64,000 bases of DNA, taken from the NCBI GenBank assembly GCA_964434115.1, contig CAYSSX010000001.1, forward strand, positions 229,855 through 293,854. The letters run 5' to 3'. The notes below the pieces were generated by a model. That model was given only the letters and a program-made list of their open reading frames with translations. It was not told the origin of the DNA and ran no database searches. Below, piece after piece: positions 62,889 to 64,000 of the stretch. The DNA comes from an uncultured bacterium (GTDB taxonomy: Bacteria; Omnitrophota; Omnitrophia; Omnitrophales; Aquincolibacteriaceae). The first letter of the stretch is position 1, and each line of letters begins with the position of its first letter. Made by a program: the position numbers and the translations under genes.

Positions 62889-63854
62889 TTACAGGGAAAT
62901 GACCATATCCGCCTGCACACGATAATCGATCAAATCGTGGCGTCCGACACTAAATTCATAGGCGGTTCCAACCTGGACATGGCTGTTGATTTTGTACCGG
63001 AATCCAGGCGCAAAAGTTAAAACCGTACCGCCGCCGTCATTTCCGAGGTTAAAAACGTCGACCCCTTCAAAATTCAGGGCGCGCTCCCGGCCTTTATTGG
63101 CGACAGTGTAGCCATTAAATTCAAATGTTGGGAAAAGATTTTGAAGGATTTCATAGTCAACATGGGCATGGTAGTGAACGAGGCCGCTGTTACGGACCGT
63201 GTCATACGGAATGGTCCAGCCGAAACCGCCCTCAACACCCAGCTTACCCCAGCGTTTTTCCGTTGAGAAGAAAAGATCCTGCAATCCCTTCCCCGAGCCC
63301 TGGAAATGGATGTCATTCAATTCAAGGGTTCCCGTCGGGGCTTCATACTTGGTTCCTACGGTGAAAATGAAGTCCTTTTCAGGATAATAAAGAAGCGCAT
63401 ATTTCAAACCAAACGCGAGATCCGCAAAACCCGCGTCATGATCCAGTGTTTTTTGAGGCTTGATCCAGGCGTAGCCATCCTTGGTGGCAATAATACCCAG
63501 GCGTTTGGTGAGAGCAATACGGGCCTGCGCGGCCAAAAGATAAACATTCCCGTTCCCGACTACGGACTCTTTCGGGATTTTGTGAAACCAGAACATGGGC
63601 CGGAGTTCAGTCGTAATCTGCGGGGTTTCATTCATCAGAGCCCCGGAGACCGGCGGAAGGTAGGTTTGAAATTTATCCTGCTCATCGCCAAGAGACCCTT
63701 TGAGATCCAAATCAAAGAAATTGTTTTCCGGTCCTGTTGTCGTGAGTCTATGCTCCTGGGTCTCTGCTGTTGCTGCCGGCGCCGCGTAGGCCGTCCCTAA
63801 AGCAAGGCCAAACGAGAACATAAACACCGCTGCGAATTTCAGGTTTTTAATCAT
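62889..63854 (-). CDS. outer-membrane beta-barrel protein (MetA-pathway/transport-family-like)
   Basis: A signal peptide is present (MIKNLKFAAVFMFSFGLALGTAYA). Beta-strands alternate with aromatic residues, and the protein ends in a C-terminal aromatic/hydrophobic residue. The family assignment is tentative. Confidence 0.5.
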   Translation of the reverse strand: MIKNLKFAAVFMFSFGLALGTAYAAPAATAETQEHRLTTTGPENNFFDLDLKGSLGDEQDKFQTYLPPVSGALMNETPQITTELRPMFWFHKIPKESVVGNGNVYLLAAQARIALTKRLGIIATKDGYAWIKPQKTLDHDAGFADLAFGLKYALLYYPEKDFIFTVGTKYEAPTGTLELNDIHFQGSGKGLQDLFFSTEKRWGKLGVEGGFGWTIPYDTVRNSGLVHYHAHVDYEILQNLFPTFEFNGYTVANKGRERALNFEGVDVFNLGNDGGGTVLTFAPGFRYKINSHVQVGTAYEFSVGRHDLIDYRVQADMVISL

Positions 63855-64000
63855 AACCGCCTCCCTAAAGGTCAATCTCTATTTTAATGACTTACATGTA
63901 TTAATACCTGCATATCTTAAATAGACGGCACTATTTGCGCAAGCTTTAATTCGCTGATATTTATTTTTGGGGTGACGGGTTATTTCCGGCGCTGGAGAGA

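Overview
This 64 kb window is from a bacterial chromosome with about 55–58% GC and signs of a diderm (Gram-negative) cell: a secretin, outer-membrane beta-barrels and a PEP-CTERM protein. Almost all genes are on the minus strand. I could not place the organism from sequence alone.

The low-coordinate third (1–17.7 kb) is housekeeping. It contains the conserved thrS-infC-rpmI-rplT-pheS-pheT block followed by rarA, a plus-strand tRNA-Val(GAC), rdgB-rph, queE-queC, murI, lipA, an NAD(P)H-hydrate epimerase, miaB and a plus-strand GAF-GGDEF diguanylate cyclase.

The middle (17.9–47.5 kb) is an accessory cell-surface and secretion region. It starts with a translationally coupled operon of two giant Sec-signal proteins (2139 and 2234 aa) and a 399-aa FN3 plus CBM-like protein. 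Next comes a PEP-CTERM sorting-signal protein. Then follows a type II secretion (T2SS) operon in an unusual gene order, Xis-like HTH-gspC-D-F-G-I-J-K-L-M-E, with no gspH, gspN or gspO. Its promoter region contains twin GGTACC-N-GGTACC palindromes. Upstream of the T2SS sits a 1563-aa secreted protein whose N-terminus resembles the TraB/GumN (Tiki-like) family.

The high-coordinate end (47.8–63.9 kb) holds a short low-GC islet with a YD/MORN-like repeat protein, a PilZ–N-acyltransferase fusion, and a 1.4k-aa protein combining transmembrane segments, TPR repeats and a transglutaminase-like domain. It also holds a zinc-ribbon membrane protein and a small secreted peptide with a regular C-x5-C hexapeptide repeat. 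The cbb3 oxidase locus is complete: fused ccoNO, ccoQ, ccoP, ccoG, a TauE/DsbD_2-like protein where CcoH would be, ccoI and ccoS. Last is an outer-membrane beta-barrel gene.

I found no rRNA genes, CRISPR arrays, transposases or integrases.

All product calls rest on motifs I recognised by eye in the supplied translations. No database search was run.
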